Assembly (NCBI GenBank): GCA_963815645.1
Contig: CAWFHL010000004.1
Location: 141,416 to 205,415, forward strand
DNA: 64,000 bases
Direction: 5' to 3'
DNA from: an uncultured Actinomycetes bacterium
Lineage (GTDB): Bacteria > Actinomycetota > Thermoleophilia > Solirubrobacterales > 70-9
The notes beneath the pieces were generated by a model that had not been told where the DNA came from, searched no databases, and was given only the letters and a program-made list of their open reading frames with translations. Positions 21,000-30,453 of this stretch are shown one piece after another. The first letter of the stretch is position 1. The number at the start of each line of letters is the position of its first letter. The translations under genes and the position numbers were made by a program.

Positions 21000-21916
21000 G
21001 CCGCAGCGTCTTCCTCGGTACCTCCGAGTTCGCGGCGACGGTGCTCGAGGCCCTCTGCCTCTCCGCCCACCGACCATCCCTGGTCGTCACCCCGCCTCCC
21101 CGGCCGCGCGGCCGGGGTCGCAAGCCGGCGCCCGCCCCGGTCGCGACGAGGGCGCGCGAGCTCGGGGTCGAGCTGCTCGAGGCCGCCGACGTCAATCACC
21201 CGGATTCGCTGGAGGCGATCCTCGCCCGTGATCCGCAGCTCGGCTGCGTCTGCGCCTTCGGCCAGCTGATCCGCGAGCCGTTGCTGTTGCGGCTGCCGAT
21301 GCTCAACCTGCACCCGTCGCTGCTGCCCCGCTGGCGGGGAGCGGCCCCGATCGAACGGGCGATCATGGCCGGCGACGCCGAGACCGGCGTCTGCGTGATC
21401 AGGGTGGAGGAGGACCTCGACGCCGGCCCGATCGCGCTGCGCGAGCAGACCCCGATCGCGGAGGGTGAGGACTACGGTTCCCTTGCGGCCCGTCTCGCGG
21501 CGATCGGCGGGCGACTTCTGGTCCGCGGGCTCGAGCTGGCGGCGGCAGGGGAGATCGAGTTCAGCGCCCAGGCTACGGACGGGGTCACCTACGCGGAGAA
21601 GATCTCCCGGGAGGAGCGCCGGCTCGATCCTTCGCGCCCTGCCGAGGCTCTCGCCTGCAGGGTTCGCGCCCTCACCCCGCACATCGGCGCCCACATCGAG
21701 ACCGAGGGCGGTGGGCGGCTCGGGGTCCTCCGGGCCCGGGCCGAGCCCGGCGATCTCGTCAGGGGCGAGATCCGCCCGGCCGGCGACATCCTGCTGCTCG
21801 GATGCGCCGAGGGGGCGCTGCGTCTCGAGCGGGTGCAGCCGCCGGGGTCGCGGCCGATGGACGCCGCCGCCTACCTCCGCGGGCACCGGCCCCCGCAGCG
21901 CGCACTGATCCCGTGA
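20996..21916 (+). CDS. fmt: Methionyl-tRNA formyltransferase
   Basis: VFLGTSEFA, NLHPSLLPRWRGAAPIERAI. GTGA overlap with def. Confidence 0.9.
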   Translation: MSRSVFLGTSEFAATVLEALCLSAHRPSLVVTPPPRPRGRGRKPAPAPVATRARELGVELLEAADVNHPDSLEAILARDPQLGCVCAFGQLIREPLLLRLPMLNLHPSLLPRWRGAAPIERAIMAGDAETGVCVIRVEEDLDAGPIALREQTPIAEGEDYGSLAARLAAIGGRLLVRGLELAAAGEIEFSAQATDGVTYAEKISREERRLDPSRPAEALACRVRALTPHIGAHIETEGGGRLGVLRARAEPGDLVRGEIRPAGDILLLGCAEGALRLERVQPPGSRPMDAAAYLRGHRPPQRALIP

Positions 21917-23283
21917 GCGAGGTCTCGGCGTCACGGCAGCTCGCCTTCACCGTGCTGCGAATGACCTTCGAGGAGGACGCCTTCACGGACGTCGCATTTC
22001 GCCGGGTCGCCGAACGCGAGGGCCTGGCGGGGCGCCCGCGAGCCCAGGCCATGAGGCTCGCCTACGGAGCCGTCCAGCGGCGCGGGACCAGCGACGCGCT
22101 GATCCGGCGGCTCGCCGAGCGCTCGCCAGGCATGCTCGACCCGCCTGTTCTGGCGGCGCTTCGGATCGGCCTCTATGAGCTGCTCTTCTCCGGGGGCAGC
22201 GCCGATTACGCTGTCGTCGACCAGACGGTCGAGCTCGCCCGCTCGGGGGGCACCGCCCACGCCACCGGCTTCGTCAACGCGGTGATGCGGCGGGCGCTGC
22301 GCGAACGCGAGGGGCTTGCGGAGCTGCTGAGGCAAGACGACGACCCGGCGCAGGCCGCGTTGGCGCACTCGGTGCCCCGGTGGCTGGCCGAGATGTGGTG
22401 GCAGGAGCTCGGAGCCGATCAGGCCCGCTCGCTGCTGCGGGCCTGCAACGAGCCGGCCGAGCGGGCGTTGCGGGTCAACACGCTCCGCTCCAGCCGTCCC
22501 GAGGCAATCGAGCAGCTTGGCGCGGCGGGAGTGGAGGCCGCCGCGCCATCGGCGGAGTGGCCTCTCGGGCCGCCGGAGTCGATCGTCATCCAGGGCAGCC
22601 TGGCGGGGGCTCTGGCGATGGTCGAGGCCGGAGAGCTGACGCCCCAGTCGCGGGCCTCGGCGGCGGTGGTCGAGGTGCTCGACCCGCTGCCGGGGGAGAG
22701 CGTCTTCGACCTCTGCGCCGGGCCGGGGATCAAGACCGGTCAGATCGCCGCCCGCATGGAGGACCGCGGCGAGGTGATCTGCGTGGAGCGGGATCCGGCC
22801 CGCGCCGAGGAGGTCGCCGACCAGGCCCGGCGGCTCGGACTGCGCAGTGTAAGCGTGCTAGAGACCGACGCGGCCCGGCTCGAACTGGGCCGCGAATTCG
22901 ACCGGGTCCTGGTCGATGCCCCCTGCTCGGATCTGGGGACGCTGGCCTCGAGGCCAGACGCCCGCTGGCGAAAGTCCCCGGATGGGATCGTCGCGCTCGC
23001 CGGGGCTCAGGATGAGATCCTCGCCCGTGCCGCCCGCGCGGTGCGCCCCGGCGGGGTGCTGGTCTACTCGACCTGCACGATCTCCCGCGCCGAGAACGAG
23101 GACCGGATCGCCTCGCTGCTCGAATCCGGGGGCGGGGACGGCGTTCCACGCCTCCGCGCCGAGGATCTCGGAGGCCGCGCCCCGGGGCTCTCCTCGCCCC
23201 TCGACCGTCGCTTCCTGCAGACCCGACCCGACCGCGACCGCAGCAGCGGCTTCTTCATCGCCCGACTGAGGCGCGATGATTAG
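21913..23283 (+). CDS. rsmB: 16S rRNA (cytosine967-C5)-methyltransferase RsmB (NusB-like N-domain plus SAM MTase)
   Basis: In-frame GTG 21913 overlaps the fmt stop. DLCAGPGIKT, VDAPCSDLGT, LVYSTCTI motifs. Confidence 0.85.
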   Translation: MSEVSASRQLAFTVLRMTFEEDAFTDVAFRRVAEREGLAGRPRAQAMRLAYGAVQRRGTSDALIRRLAERSPGMLDPPVLAALRIGLYELLFSGGSADYAVVDQTVELARSGGTAHATGFVNAVMRRALREREGLAELLRQDDDPAQAALAHSVPRWLAEMWWQELGADQARSLLRACNEPAERALRVNTLRSSRPEAIEQLGAAGVEAAAPSAEWPLGPPESIVIQGSLAGALAMVEAGELTPQSRASAAVVEVLDPLPGESVFDLCAGPGIKTGQIAARMEDRGEVICVERDPARAEEVADQARRLGLRSVSVLETDAARLELGREFDRVLVDAPCSDLGTLASRPDARWRKSPDGIVALAGAQDEILARAARAVRPGGVLVYSTCTISRAENEDRIASLLESGGGDGVPRLRAEDLGGRAPGLSSPLDRRFLQTRPDRDRSSGFFIARLRRDD

Positions 23284-23551
23284 GCCGATGAGCGAGACCG
23301 GCGAAGAGAAAGCGACCGGCGAAGGCGAGGGTGGCGCCCGGCTCCGGCGCCCGGCCTGCCCGGGCTGCGGCGAGCCGTGGTTGCGGCCCACGCAGCTGCC
23401 CGGCCGCTACCGCTGCGTCTACTGCCTGCGCCGTTACGAGCTCGTCTCAGGGTGCCCGAGCTGCGGTGAGCACCAGACGATCGCCCGGATGAGCAGCACC
23501 GAGGACATGATCTGCCAGCACTGCGGGAACTCGATGCTGAGGCCGATCTGA
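23276..23551 (+). CDS. Small double zinc-ribbon protein (hypothetical)
   Basis: 91 aa, with CPGC..(17)..CVYC and CPSC..(18)..CQHC cysteine pairs. Overlaps the rsmB stop (ATGATTAG) and the rpe start (TGATG). Coding-like codon usage. Confidence 0.5.
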   Translation: MIRPMSETGEEKATGEGEGGARLRRPACPGCGEPWLRPTQLPGRYRCVYCLRRYELVSGCPSCGEHQTIARMSSTEDMICQHCGNSMLRPI

Positions 23552-24231
23552 TGGACAGGCGCGATGTCTACCGCCGCCGCCGGGTCGCCCCCTCGATCCT
23601 CTCGGCCGATTTCTCCCGGCTGGGATCCCAGGTCGCCGAGGTGATGGACGCGGGTGCCCACGTCATCCACGTCGACGTCATGGACGGGCACTTCGTCCCG
23701 CCGATCACGATTGGGCCGCTGATCGCCGCCGCGATCGCCGACCAGGTCCATGCGGCCGGCGGGGTGATCGATGTCCACCTGATGATCGAGCGCCCGGAGG
23801 CCCAACTGGCAGGGTTCGCCGAGGCGGGTGCCGATTCGATCACCTTCCACGCCGAGGCGACGCCACACTCCAACCGGACCCTGCAGGCGATCCGGGAGCT
23901 CGGCTGCCTGGCGGGGATCGCGCTCAACCCCGGCACCCCGGCGGTGGCGGTGGCGGAGCTTCAGGGATACGCCGACATCGTGCTCTGCATGACCGTCAAC
24001 CCGGGCTGGGGGGGCCAGCCGTTCATCGAGGGCTCGCCCGGGAAGGTCGCGAGGTTGGCCGAGCTCTGCGGGGAGGCGCGGATCGAGGTTGACGGCGGCA
24101 TCGGCCCGGATACCGCGGGGCCCGTGGCCGAGGCCGGCGCCTCGCTGTTCGTCGCCGGCTCGGCGATCTTCGGGGCGGACGACCCGGCCGAGGCCTACGC
24201 GTCGATCGCCGCAGCGGCGGGCGCAGAGTAG
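23551..24231 (+). CDS. rpe: Ribulose-phosphate 3-epimerase
   Basis: APSILSADF, HVDVMDGHFVP, MTVNPGWGGQ, EVDGGI. Confidence 0.9.
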   Translation: MDRRDVYRRRRVAPSILSADFSRLGSQVAEVMDAGAHVIHVDVMDGHFVPPITIGPLIAAAIADQVHAAGGVIDVHLMIERPEAQLAGFAEAGADSITFHAEATPHSNRTLQAIRELGCLAGIALNPGTPAVAVAELQGYADIVLCMTVNPGWGGQPFIEGSPGKVARLAELCGEARIEVDGGIGPDTAGPVAEAGASLFVAGSAIFGADDPAEAYASIAAAAGAE

Positions 24232-24238
24232 CCGGCCG

Positions 24239-26038
24239 CTAGGGGCCGGGCGCGCTGAGCGCGCCGGCCACCTCCTGCCACCAGGAGCGCTCGACTTGGT
24301 TCGCGGACTCTCGTCGGGCGCGATTCGCGCACCAGCGGGCCAGATCGGTGCGGCTTCCGATCGCGACAAGGTCCGTGCCCGTCACAGCGCGGCGACCGTC
24401 AACCAGGGCGACCAGGGCGCCCGGGCGGTCCCGCCGGCTCCGCAGGCGGGCCATCACGTCGATGCCGTCAACCTTGCGGGGGTCGGCCGGGTCGGGCAGG
24501 TCCCGGGTCGGGTGGACGGTGAAGATCTGCGGCGCGCCGCGTCGCGAGAGACGCGGTAGGGCGGCCTCGCCGATCGGGCCGTCGTGCCAGCGGCTGGTCA
24601 GCTGCTCGACCTGGTCGCGCAGCTCGCCGCGAACCAGCACGTGGAGCTCGTCCCCGGCGCGGACCTCGGTCGATCCGCGCGGGGGGATCGCCGTGCCGTC
24701 GCGGACGATCACATTGACCAATGCCTCGCGGGGCAGCTCGAGCTCCCGCACCATGTGGCCGTCGATCGCCGCCTCGGGCTGCACCCGGTGGACGATGACG
24801 TCGCCGCCCAGCTCGCGGATCCGCCCCGACTCGTGCAGGCGGCGTGGCAGCGCCGGGTCGGCCGTGGTCAGGCGCAGCCGCCTTGCCAGCGGCTCGAAGC
24901 TCGCTCCCTGGATCAGGGTCGAGGTGATGACGACGAAGAAGACAAGGTCGAACAGCCTCTCGCCGGCCGCGACCCCGGCGACGACCGGAAAGGTCGCCAG
25001 CCAGATCGGGGTGGCCCCGCGCAGGCCCGCCCAGCCGAGCATCAACCGCTCGCGGAGGTCGAAGGGGCTGAACAGGGTCGCGGCGACTGCGGCCGCGGGA
25101 CGGGCGATCAGGATGAGCACGGCCGAGAGCAGCAGTCCCTCGGTCGCCAGGTCGCCGAGATCTCCCGGGAAGACCAGCAGGCCGAGCATGAAGAAGAGGG
25201 TGATCTGTGCGACCCAGCCGAGCCCCTGGTGGAAGGTCGCAGCAGTCCGCCGCCCGGGCAGCTCGCCCGTCCCCAGGGTGAGCGCCGTGAGGTAGACGGC
25301 GAGCAGGCCCGAGCCCCCGAGGATCTCGGTCAGCCCGTAGGTGATGCCCGCGGTCGCGATCGACGCCACTGGATAGGTGCCGGGGGTCGAGGAGTCGAGC
25401 CCAAGGAACGCCCGCCGCGCGATCCAGCCGAGGCCGAGGCCGAGGCCGGCCCCGAGGGTGAGCTTGACGAGGAACAGCCCGACCATGTCGAGGGCTCCGT
25501 AGGAAGGCTGCTGGATCCAATCGATGAACCCGACCACCAGCAACAGGGCGACCGGGTCGTTCATCCCTGATTCCCCTTCCAGAGAGCGCGCCACCGGGCG
25601 CTCGAGGTTGGAGCCGCGCAGCACCGAGAAGATCGCGGCGCTGTCGGTCGCGGCGATCGCCGAGCCGACGATCAACGCCTCCAGAGTGTTCAGTCCGATG
25701 ATCCACTTCGCAGCGAGGCCGGCGATCGCCGCGGTCAGCAGGGTGCCGATGGTGGCCAGCGAGATGGCCGTGCCGAGAACGGGGCGGATCTCCCCCCAGC
25801 CGGCGGTCAGGCCCCCCTCGAAGATGATCAGCACCAGCCCGATCGTGCCCAGGGTGCGAGCCAGCTCGGCGTCGTTGAAGGAGATTCCGCCGATGCCCTC
25901 GGATCCGGCGAGCATCCCCAGGCCGAGGAAGAGGAGCAGGCCGGGGATTCGGACCCGGTCGGCGACCAGTGCGGCGACGATGCCGGTCGCCATCAGGGCG
26001 CCGGCCAGCAGGATCAGCTCGCCATCGTGGTGGCTCAT
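24239..26038 (-). CDS. K+/H+ antiporter (CPA1, NhaP2/CvrA-like) with C-terminal TrkA-C domain
   Basis: Intact, 599 aa. About 12 TM segments, then a soluble RCK_C-like region (REALVNVIVRDGTAIPPRGSTEVRAGDELHVLV). Confidence 0.8.
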   Translation of the reverse strand: MSHHDGELILLAGALMATGIVAALVADRVRIPGLLLFLGLGMLAGSEGIGGISFNDAELARTLGTIGLVLIIFEGGLTAGWGEIRPVLGTAISLATIGTLLTAAIAGLAAKWIIGLNTLEALIVGSAIAATDSAAIFSVLRGSNLERPVARSLEGESGMNDPVALLLVVGFIDWIQQPSYGALDMVGLFLVKLTLGAGLGLGLGWIARRAFLGLDSSTPGTYPVASIATAGITYGLTEILGGSGLLAVYLTALTLGTGELPGRRTAATFHQGLGWVAQITLFFMLGLLVFPGDLGDLATEGLLLSAVLILIARPAAAVAATLFSPFDLRERLMLGWAGLRGATPIWLATFPVVAGVAAGERLFDLVFFVVITSTLIQGASFEPLARRLRLTTADPALPRRLHESGRIRELGGDVIVHRVQPEAAIDGHMVRELELPREALVNVIVRDGTAIPPRGSTEVRAGDELHVLVRGELRDQVEQLTSRWHDGPIGEAALPRLSRRGAPQIFTVHPTRDLPDPADPRKVDGIDVMARLRSRRDRPGALVALVDGRRAVTGTDLVAIGSRTDLARWCANRARRESANQVERSWWQEVAGALSAPGP

Positions 26039-26052
26039 TCCGCCCGGGCTCG

Positions 26053-27570
26053 CTAGGCGCTGTCTTCGGCCGCCGCCAGCTGGGCCTCCGGCTCGGCCGG
26101 GGGAGCTTGCTCCGGCACGTCCTCTGCCCGCCCGTGGGGGTGGCGGAAGATGTAGACGAGGAGGGCGAGAAGCAGCGCTGCGGTCAGGGCGAAGCCGATC
26201 TCGACCCGGCGCGAGGTGTCGGAGATCAACGGGACGAGGTTCCAGCCGACGAAGAAGACAGCGCAGGCGATCCAGCGGGCCGAAGATCGGCGCACCTGGC
26301 CCTGGGCGAGGCAGGCCTGGTTGATGGTCACCGCTGAGAGGTAGAGGCCCATCCCGGCGGTGACCAGCAGCAGCCCGACCCGCTCGTATGTGAACTTCTT
26401 CGAGAAGGCGATCTGCATCAGCTCCGGCCCGGCTATCAGGACAGCGAGCGCGACGATCGCGGTGAACGCCGCTATCGCCTTCAGCACCAGCCAGATCGAG
26501 CTGTGGAACTCGTCTTCGCTCGACTCCTCGGTGCTGGTATGGAGGCTGGTCAGGTGAGGGAGGATGCTGGTCGAGACCGCCTGGAACAGCTGCAGCGGCG
26601 CGCGGGCGATCATCAGCACGTTGAAGATGAATCCCGCCGCGGCTGCTCCCTCGAGCCCGCGGACGATCAGCGGGCCGGCGTTGAGGAAGGTCTGCTCGCT
26701 GAACATGATCAGCAGCACCGAGGCCGCGAACCCGGTGCCATGGGAGAGGCTGAACTCGGGAGCCGCCTCGGGACCGCCCCCGGGACCTTCGGCGGAGTCG
26801 ATGTCAAAGGCCGGCTGTTCTTCGGAATAACTGCCCGGCATCTCCTCCGCTTCGCGTCCGGGGATGCCGGGGTCGGGGGCAGGCTGCGGTTGGGTGTTCT
26901 TGGTGGCTTGGCGCGCGAATGCGAGTGGTACGACCAGGAGGCTGAGGCTGGGGGCGGCGACGATGCCGACCGAGACCGCGTCCTGGCCGTCGAGGATCCC
27001 GACCGCCACCAGCACGGCGAAGATCGTCCGGAAGAAGGACTCCGAGAGGATCAGCGCCGTGAACAGGCCGAAGCGGCGGTGGCCGGCGAGGTAGCCACGG
27101 GCGAAGTAGCTGGCGGCGTAGAAGAGGACGGCGGAGAAGAAGATCCAGTAGAGGAACTCGTTGCCCTCGAGCAGGTCGTCCTGAAGCGGCCCTCGCAGCG
27201 CGAGCGCCAGGACCGCGAAGGTCAGGCCTAGGCCGAGCTGGATCTTCGCCGCGACCCGCATCGGCTCGCCGATCTGCTCCGAGCGGACCAGCCGCTCGGA
27301 GATGTGGCGCGAGAGCAGTTGGTCGATCGGCCGGTAAAGCGTCGAGACGGTGATGAAGACCGCCGACCAGAGCACGGTGATCTGACCGTAGTCCGGCTTC
27401 GAGAGCACGTGCGAGGCGATCACGAAGTAGAGGTAGGTGATCACCCCGGTCAGCCCGACCCCGATCGAGAGGAAGCCGGCCGTCTTGCCGTAGTCGACGG
27501 CGCCCGCTGTGGAGCTCCCCGGTTGGCGGGCGCCCTCGGACGCCGGGGGCGATGTCCGCCTATCGCCCAA
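26053..27570 (-). CDS. Polytopic membrane protein, polysaccharide/oligosaccharide flippase-like (MOP/Wzx superfamily)
   Basis: Intact, 505 aa. About 12-14 hydrophobic segments with a central acidic hydrophilic insert (QPQPAPDPGIPGREAEEMPGSYSEEQPAFDIDSAEGPGG). Sits 6 nt downstream of the GT2 gene. Confidence 0.5.
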   Translation of the reverse strand: MGDRRTSPPASEGARQPGSSTAGAVDYGKTAGFLSIGVGLTGVITYLYFVIASHVLSKPDYGQITVLWSAVFITVSTLYRPIDQLLSRHISERLVRSEQIGEPMRVAAKIQLGLGLTFAVLALALRGPLQDDLLEGNEFLYWIFFSAVLFYAASYFARGYLAGHRRFGLFTALILSESFFRTIFAVLVAVGILDGQDAVSVGIVAAPSLSLLVVPLAFARQATKNTQPQPAPDPGIPGREAEEMPGSYSEEQPAFDIDSAEGPGGGPEAAPEFSLSHGTGFAASVLLIMFSEQTFLNAGPLIVRGLEGAAAAGFIFNVLMIARAPLQLFQAVSTSILPHLTSLHTSTEESSEDEFHSSIWLVLKAIAAFTAIVALAVLIAGPELMQIAFSKKFTYERVGLLLVTAGMGLYLSAVTINQACLAQGQVRRSSARWIACAVFFVGWNLVPLISDTSRRVEIGFALTAALLLALLVYIFRHPHGRAEDVPEQAPPAEPEAQLAAAEDSA

Positions 27571-27575
27571 GGCGG

Positions 27576-28628
27576 CTAGGCGCCGATCCGCTCGGTGGCC
27601 TCCAGGGGGGCCCCGGAGCCCGCGTCCTCGTAGTGCGACGGGGCGACCCCGAGGGCGAGCTCGACTCTGCGAACGCGCTCGAACACCCGCTGCGCCATCA
27701 CCCTCTGCCCGGCGAGGAGGTCGCCGATGATCCCCAGCGCGAACAGCTGCACCGCGGCGATGAACAGCACCGCGCCGAGAATCAGCGACTGGATGTGGCC
27801 GGAGTCGTCGCCATGGAAGACCCAGTCGAAGACGAACGGGCTCCAGGCGACCAGCGCCAGCACTGCGACCACCGCCGCCAGGGTGACAAAAACGCGCAAC
27901 GGCTCGTAGCGGGCGTAGATGCGACCGATCGCCAGGCCGTTCCGGCGCACGTAGCCCCCGGTCGAGTCGAACAGCCGCGACTCCCGGGTCTTTGCGTTGG
28001 TGCCGATCTCCACCTGATCGACGGCGACCAGCATCTTTCCCGCCTGGATCAGGCTCTCCAGCGTGTAGGTGAAGTTGTCGACGACCAGCAGTTGAAGCGC
28101 GGCCTCGCGGTTGTAGGCGCGGAACCCGCAGGTCGCGTCGGAGATCTCGGTGCCGGAGAGCCGCCGCACCACCCAGCTGCCGAGCTTCTGTAGGGACTTC
28201 TTGGCCCCGGAGAAGTGGTCGATGCTGCTCACCTGGCGGTCCCCGACGACCATGTCCGCGTCCCCGGCGAGGATCGGCGCCAGCAGCTTCGGGATGTCCT
28301 CGCCCCGGTACTGGTTGTCGGCATCGGTGTTGACGATCAAATCGGCGCCGAGCTTCAGGCCCGCGTCGAGGCCGGCCTGGAAGGCGGCAGCGAGGCCCTT
28401 GTTGTTGGTGAGGCGGACGATGTGCTCGACCCCGTGGGCGCGGGCGACCTCGACCGTGCGGTCGGAGGAGCCGTCATCGATCACCAGCAGCTCGACCGAG
28501 TCGACTCCGGCGATCTCCCTGGGCAGGCCGGCGATCGTCTCAGGCAGGGTGGCCTCCTCGTTGAGGCAGGGAATCTGGATGATCAGCTTCACCGGCCGAT
28601 CAAGCGTAGCCGCGCCGGTCCCCGCCAA
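27576..28628 (-). CDS. Family 2 glycosyltransferase, polyprenyl-phosphate sugar synthase (DPM1/GtrB/ArnC-like) with C-terminal TM helices
   Basis: IQIPCLNEEATL, LLVIDDGSSDRT, NKGLAAAFQAGL, NTDADNQY (DxD region), two C-terminal TM helices. Confidence 0.8.
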   Translation of the reverse strand: MAGTGAATLDRPVKLIIQIPCLNEEATLPETIAGLPREIAGVDSVELLVIDDGSSDRTVEVARAHGVEHIVRLTNNKGLAAAFQAGLDAGLKLGADLIVNTDADNQYRGEDIPKLLAPILAGDADMVVGDRQVSSIDHFSGAKKSLQKLGSWVVRRLSGTEISDATCGFRAYNREAALQLLVVDNFTYTLESLIQAGKMLVAVDQVEIGTNAKTRESRLFDSTGGYVRRNGLAIGRIYARYEPLRVFVTLAAVVAVLALVAWSPFVFDWVFHGDDSGHIQSLILGAVLFIAAVQLFALGIIGDLLAGQRVMAQRVFERVRRVELALGVAPSHYEDAGSGAPLEATERIGA

Positions 28629-28655
28629 GCGGTCAGCCGCTTGCCGGCCCGGGTA

Positions 28656-28677
28656 GACTGGTTGACTGACCAGTCAA
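28656..28677. promoter_or_regulatory. Perfect inverted repeat (candidate operator) in the GT2/ribD divergent gap
   Basis: GACTGGTTGACTGACCAGTCAA contains TTGACTG-AC-CAGTCAA (7+2+7) and the overlapping GACTGGT-(6)-ACCAGTC. It covers the only plausible ribD start codon (TTG 28662). Confidence 0.3.
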
Positions 28678-29841
28678 TCAAGGCCAAAGTCGCCCCTCCG
28701 AAAGGAACCGCGATCGACGCTCAAGCGACAGACCCCCAACTCGAGGGCAGGCACCTCCGACGGGCGCTCGAGCTGGCCGAGGGCGGCAGGGGCAGGGTCA
28801 GCCCGAACCCGATGGTCGGGGCGGTGATCGCCGATCGCTCCGGAGAGCTGATCGGCGAGGGCCATCACGCCGAGCTCGGTGGGCTCCACGCCGAGCGGGC
28901 GGCGATCGCCGACTGCCTCAGCCGGGGCGCCGATCCCTCCGGTGCGACGATCTACGTGACCCTCGAGCCCTGCGCTCACCACGGTCGCCAGCCCCCCTGC
29001 ACCGAGGCGATCCTCGAGGCCGGGATCTCGCGGGTGGTGATCGCCTCCGATGACCCCTCGGAGAAGGCGGCCGGCCGCGGCCCCGGGATCCTCCGCGACG
29101 GCGGGGTGGAAGTCGAGCTCGCGCACGGAGCCGAGGCGACCGAGGCGAGGCTGCTCAACCAGCCGTTCCGCAAGCACGCACGCACCGGGCGCCCCCTGGT
29201 CATCCTCAAGATGGCGATCTCGCTGGATGGCCGCACGGCGACGGCGTCGGGTGAGCCGCTGTGGATCACCGGGCCGCAGAGCCGTGAGATGGTGCATCGC
29301 TGGCGCGCCGAGGCCGATGCAGTCGCGGTCGGGATCGGCACCGTGCTCGCCGATGACCCGCTGCTGACCGCCCGCGAGGTCGGGGCGTTTCGCCAGCCGG
29401 CCCGGGTCGTGTTCGACTCCTCCGCGCGCCTGCCACTGGACTCGAAGCTGATCCGCAGCTCATCCGAGGCGCCGGTACTGGTCGTGTGCCTCCCCCGAGG
29501 CCGCGCGCTCGCGGGTCGAATCCCTGCGGGAGGCCGGAGCGGAGGTGCTGATCGTCGCCGGCCGGGATTCCCGCGAGCGGCTGCTGGCGGCGCTCGACGA
29601 TCTCGGCCGCCGCGGCCAGACCAGCGTCTTCCTCGAGGGAGGGCCGGGGCTGGCGGCGGCGTTCGCGGCGGCGGGCGAGGTCGACGAGACGCGCCTCTTC
29701 GTCGCCCCGGTTCTGCTCGGCGAGGCTCGCGTCGAGCCCGAGGAAGCCGGGCGCGTGGTCGAGACGAGTGGCGGCGAGGGCTCCGAGCTCGCGGCGGTCG
29801 GCGACGACGTCCTGATCCGGGCCAGGCTGAGGGAGTGGTAG
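28662..29841 (+). CDS. ribD: Bifunctional riboflavin biosynthesis deaminase/reductase RibD; one frame break as sequenced
   Basis: HLRRALELAEGGRGRVSPNPMVGAVI, HAERAAI, TLEPCAHHGRQPPC (deaminase), MAISLDGR (reductase). The frame changes near 29490 to ORF 29545..29841 (..EVLIVAGRD...VFLEGGPGLAAAF..). Upstream parts of ORF 28215..30449 are antisense to the GT2 gene and are not coding. Confidence 0.85.
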
Positions 29842-29843
29842 CG

Positions 29844-30449
29844 ATGTTCTCGGGGCTGGTCGCAGATCTCGGAAGGGTGGAGTCGGTCGAGGCCGGCGCC
29901 GAGGGCGCCCGGCTTCGGATCGGCACATCTCTGGCCGGCGAGATCGCCGCCGGCGACTCGGTCGCGGTCAACGGAGTCTGCCTGACCGCGGTCTCGGCCG
30001 GGGACGGCGGGTTCGACGCCGAGGCGATCAACCAGACGCTCGCCCTCACCTCTCTGGGGTCCCTCGGACCGGGCGACCGGGTCAACCTCGAGCTGGCGCT
30101 GCGTCCCTCCGACCGGCTCGGCGGCCACATCGTCCAGGGCCATGTCGACGGCACCGGCGAGGTGGTCTCGGTCGCCGAGGACGGGTTCTCCCACCGCCTC
30201 CGCCTGCGCCTGGACCCGGAGATTCGCCGCTACATGGTCGAGCGCGGATCGGTTGCGCTGGACGGGGTCAGCCTCACCGTCGCGGCGCTCGGCGAGGACT
30301 GGATCGAGGTGGCGCTGATTCCCGAGACGATGGAGCGGACGAACCTTGGAGCGCTCGCCGTCGGCCGCACGGTCAACGTCGAGTGCGATCTGCTGGCCAA
30401 ATATGTGGAGCGCCTGCTGTCACCATTGGCGGGCGATGACGAAGGGTGA
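29844..30449 (+). CDS. ribE: Riboflavin synthase (alpha chain)
   Basis: [12 protein letters not shown]..., [10 protein letters not shown] and [12 protein letters not shown] duplicated barrel motifs. Confidence 0.9.
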   Translation: MFSGLVADLGRVESVEAGAEGARLRIGTSLAGEIAAGDSVAVNGVCLTAVSAGDGGFDAEAINQTLALTSLGSLGPGDRVNLELALRPSDRLGGHIVQGHVDGTGEVVSVAEDGFSHRLRLRLDPEIRRYMVERGSVALDGVSLTVAALGEDWIEVALIPETMERTNLGALAVGRTVNVECDLLAKYVERLLSPLAGDDEG

Positions 30450-30453
30450 GCGA

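Noticed and set aside
28629-28661. FMN riboswitch before ribD; likewise a SAM riboswitch before metK (16331..16367), a TPP riboswitch before thiD (58964..58973) and a T-box before trpS (4524..4534)
   Set aside because: The upstream gaps are only 10-37 nt and show none of the conserved cores of these elements.
28215-30449. 744-aa ORF that looks like a giant fusion protein
   Set aside because: It is a composite. Its first ~150 codons are antisense to the GT2 gene. Next comes the N-terminal two-thirds of ribD, then out-of-frame ribD sequence after the break at ~29490, then ribE, which happens to share the frame. The true ribD C-terminus and its stop are in ORF 29545..29841.
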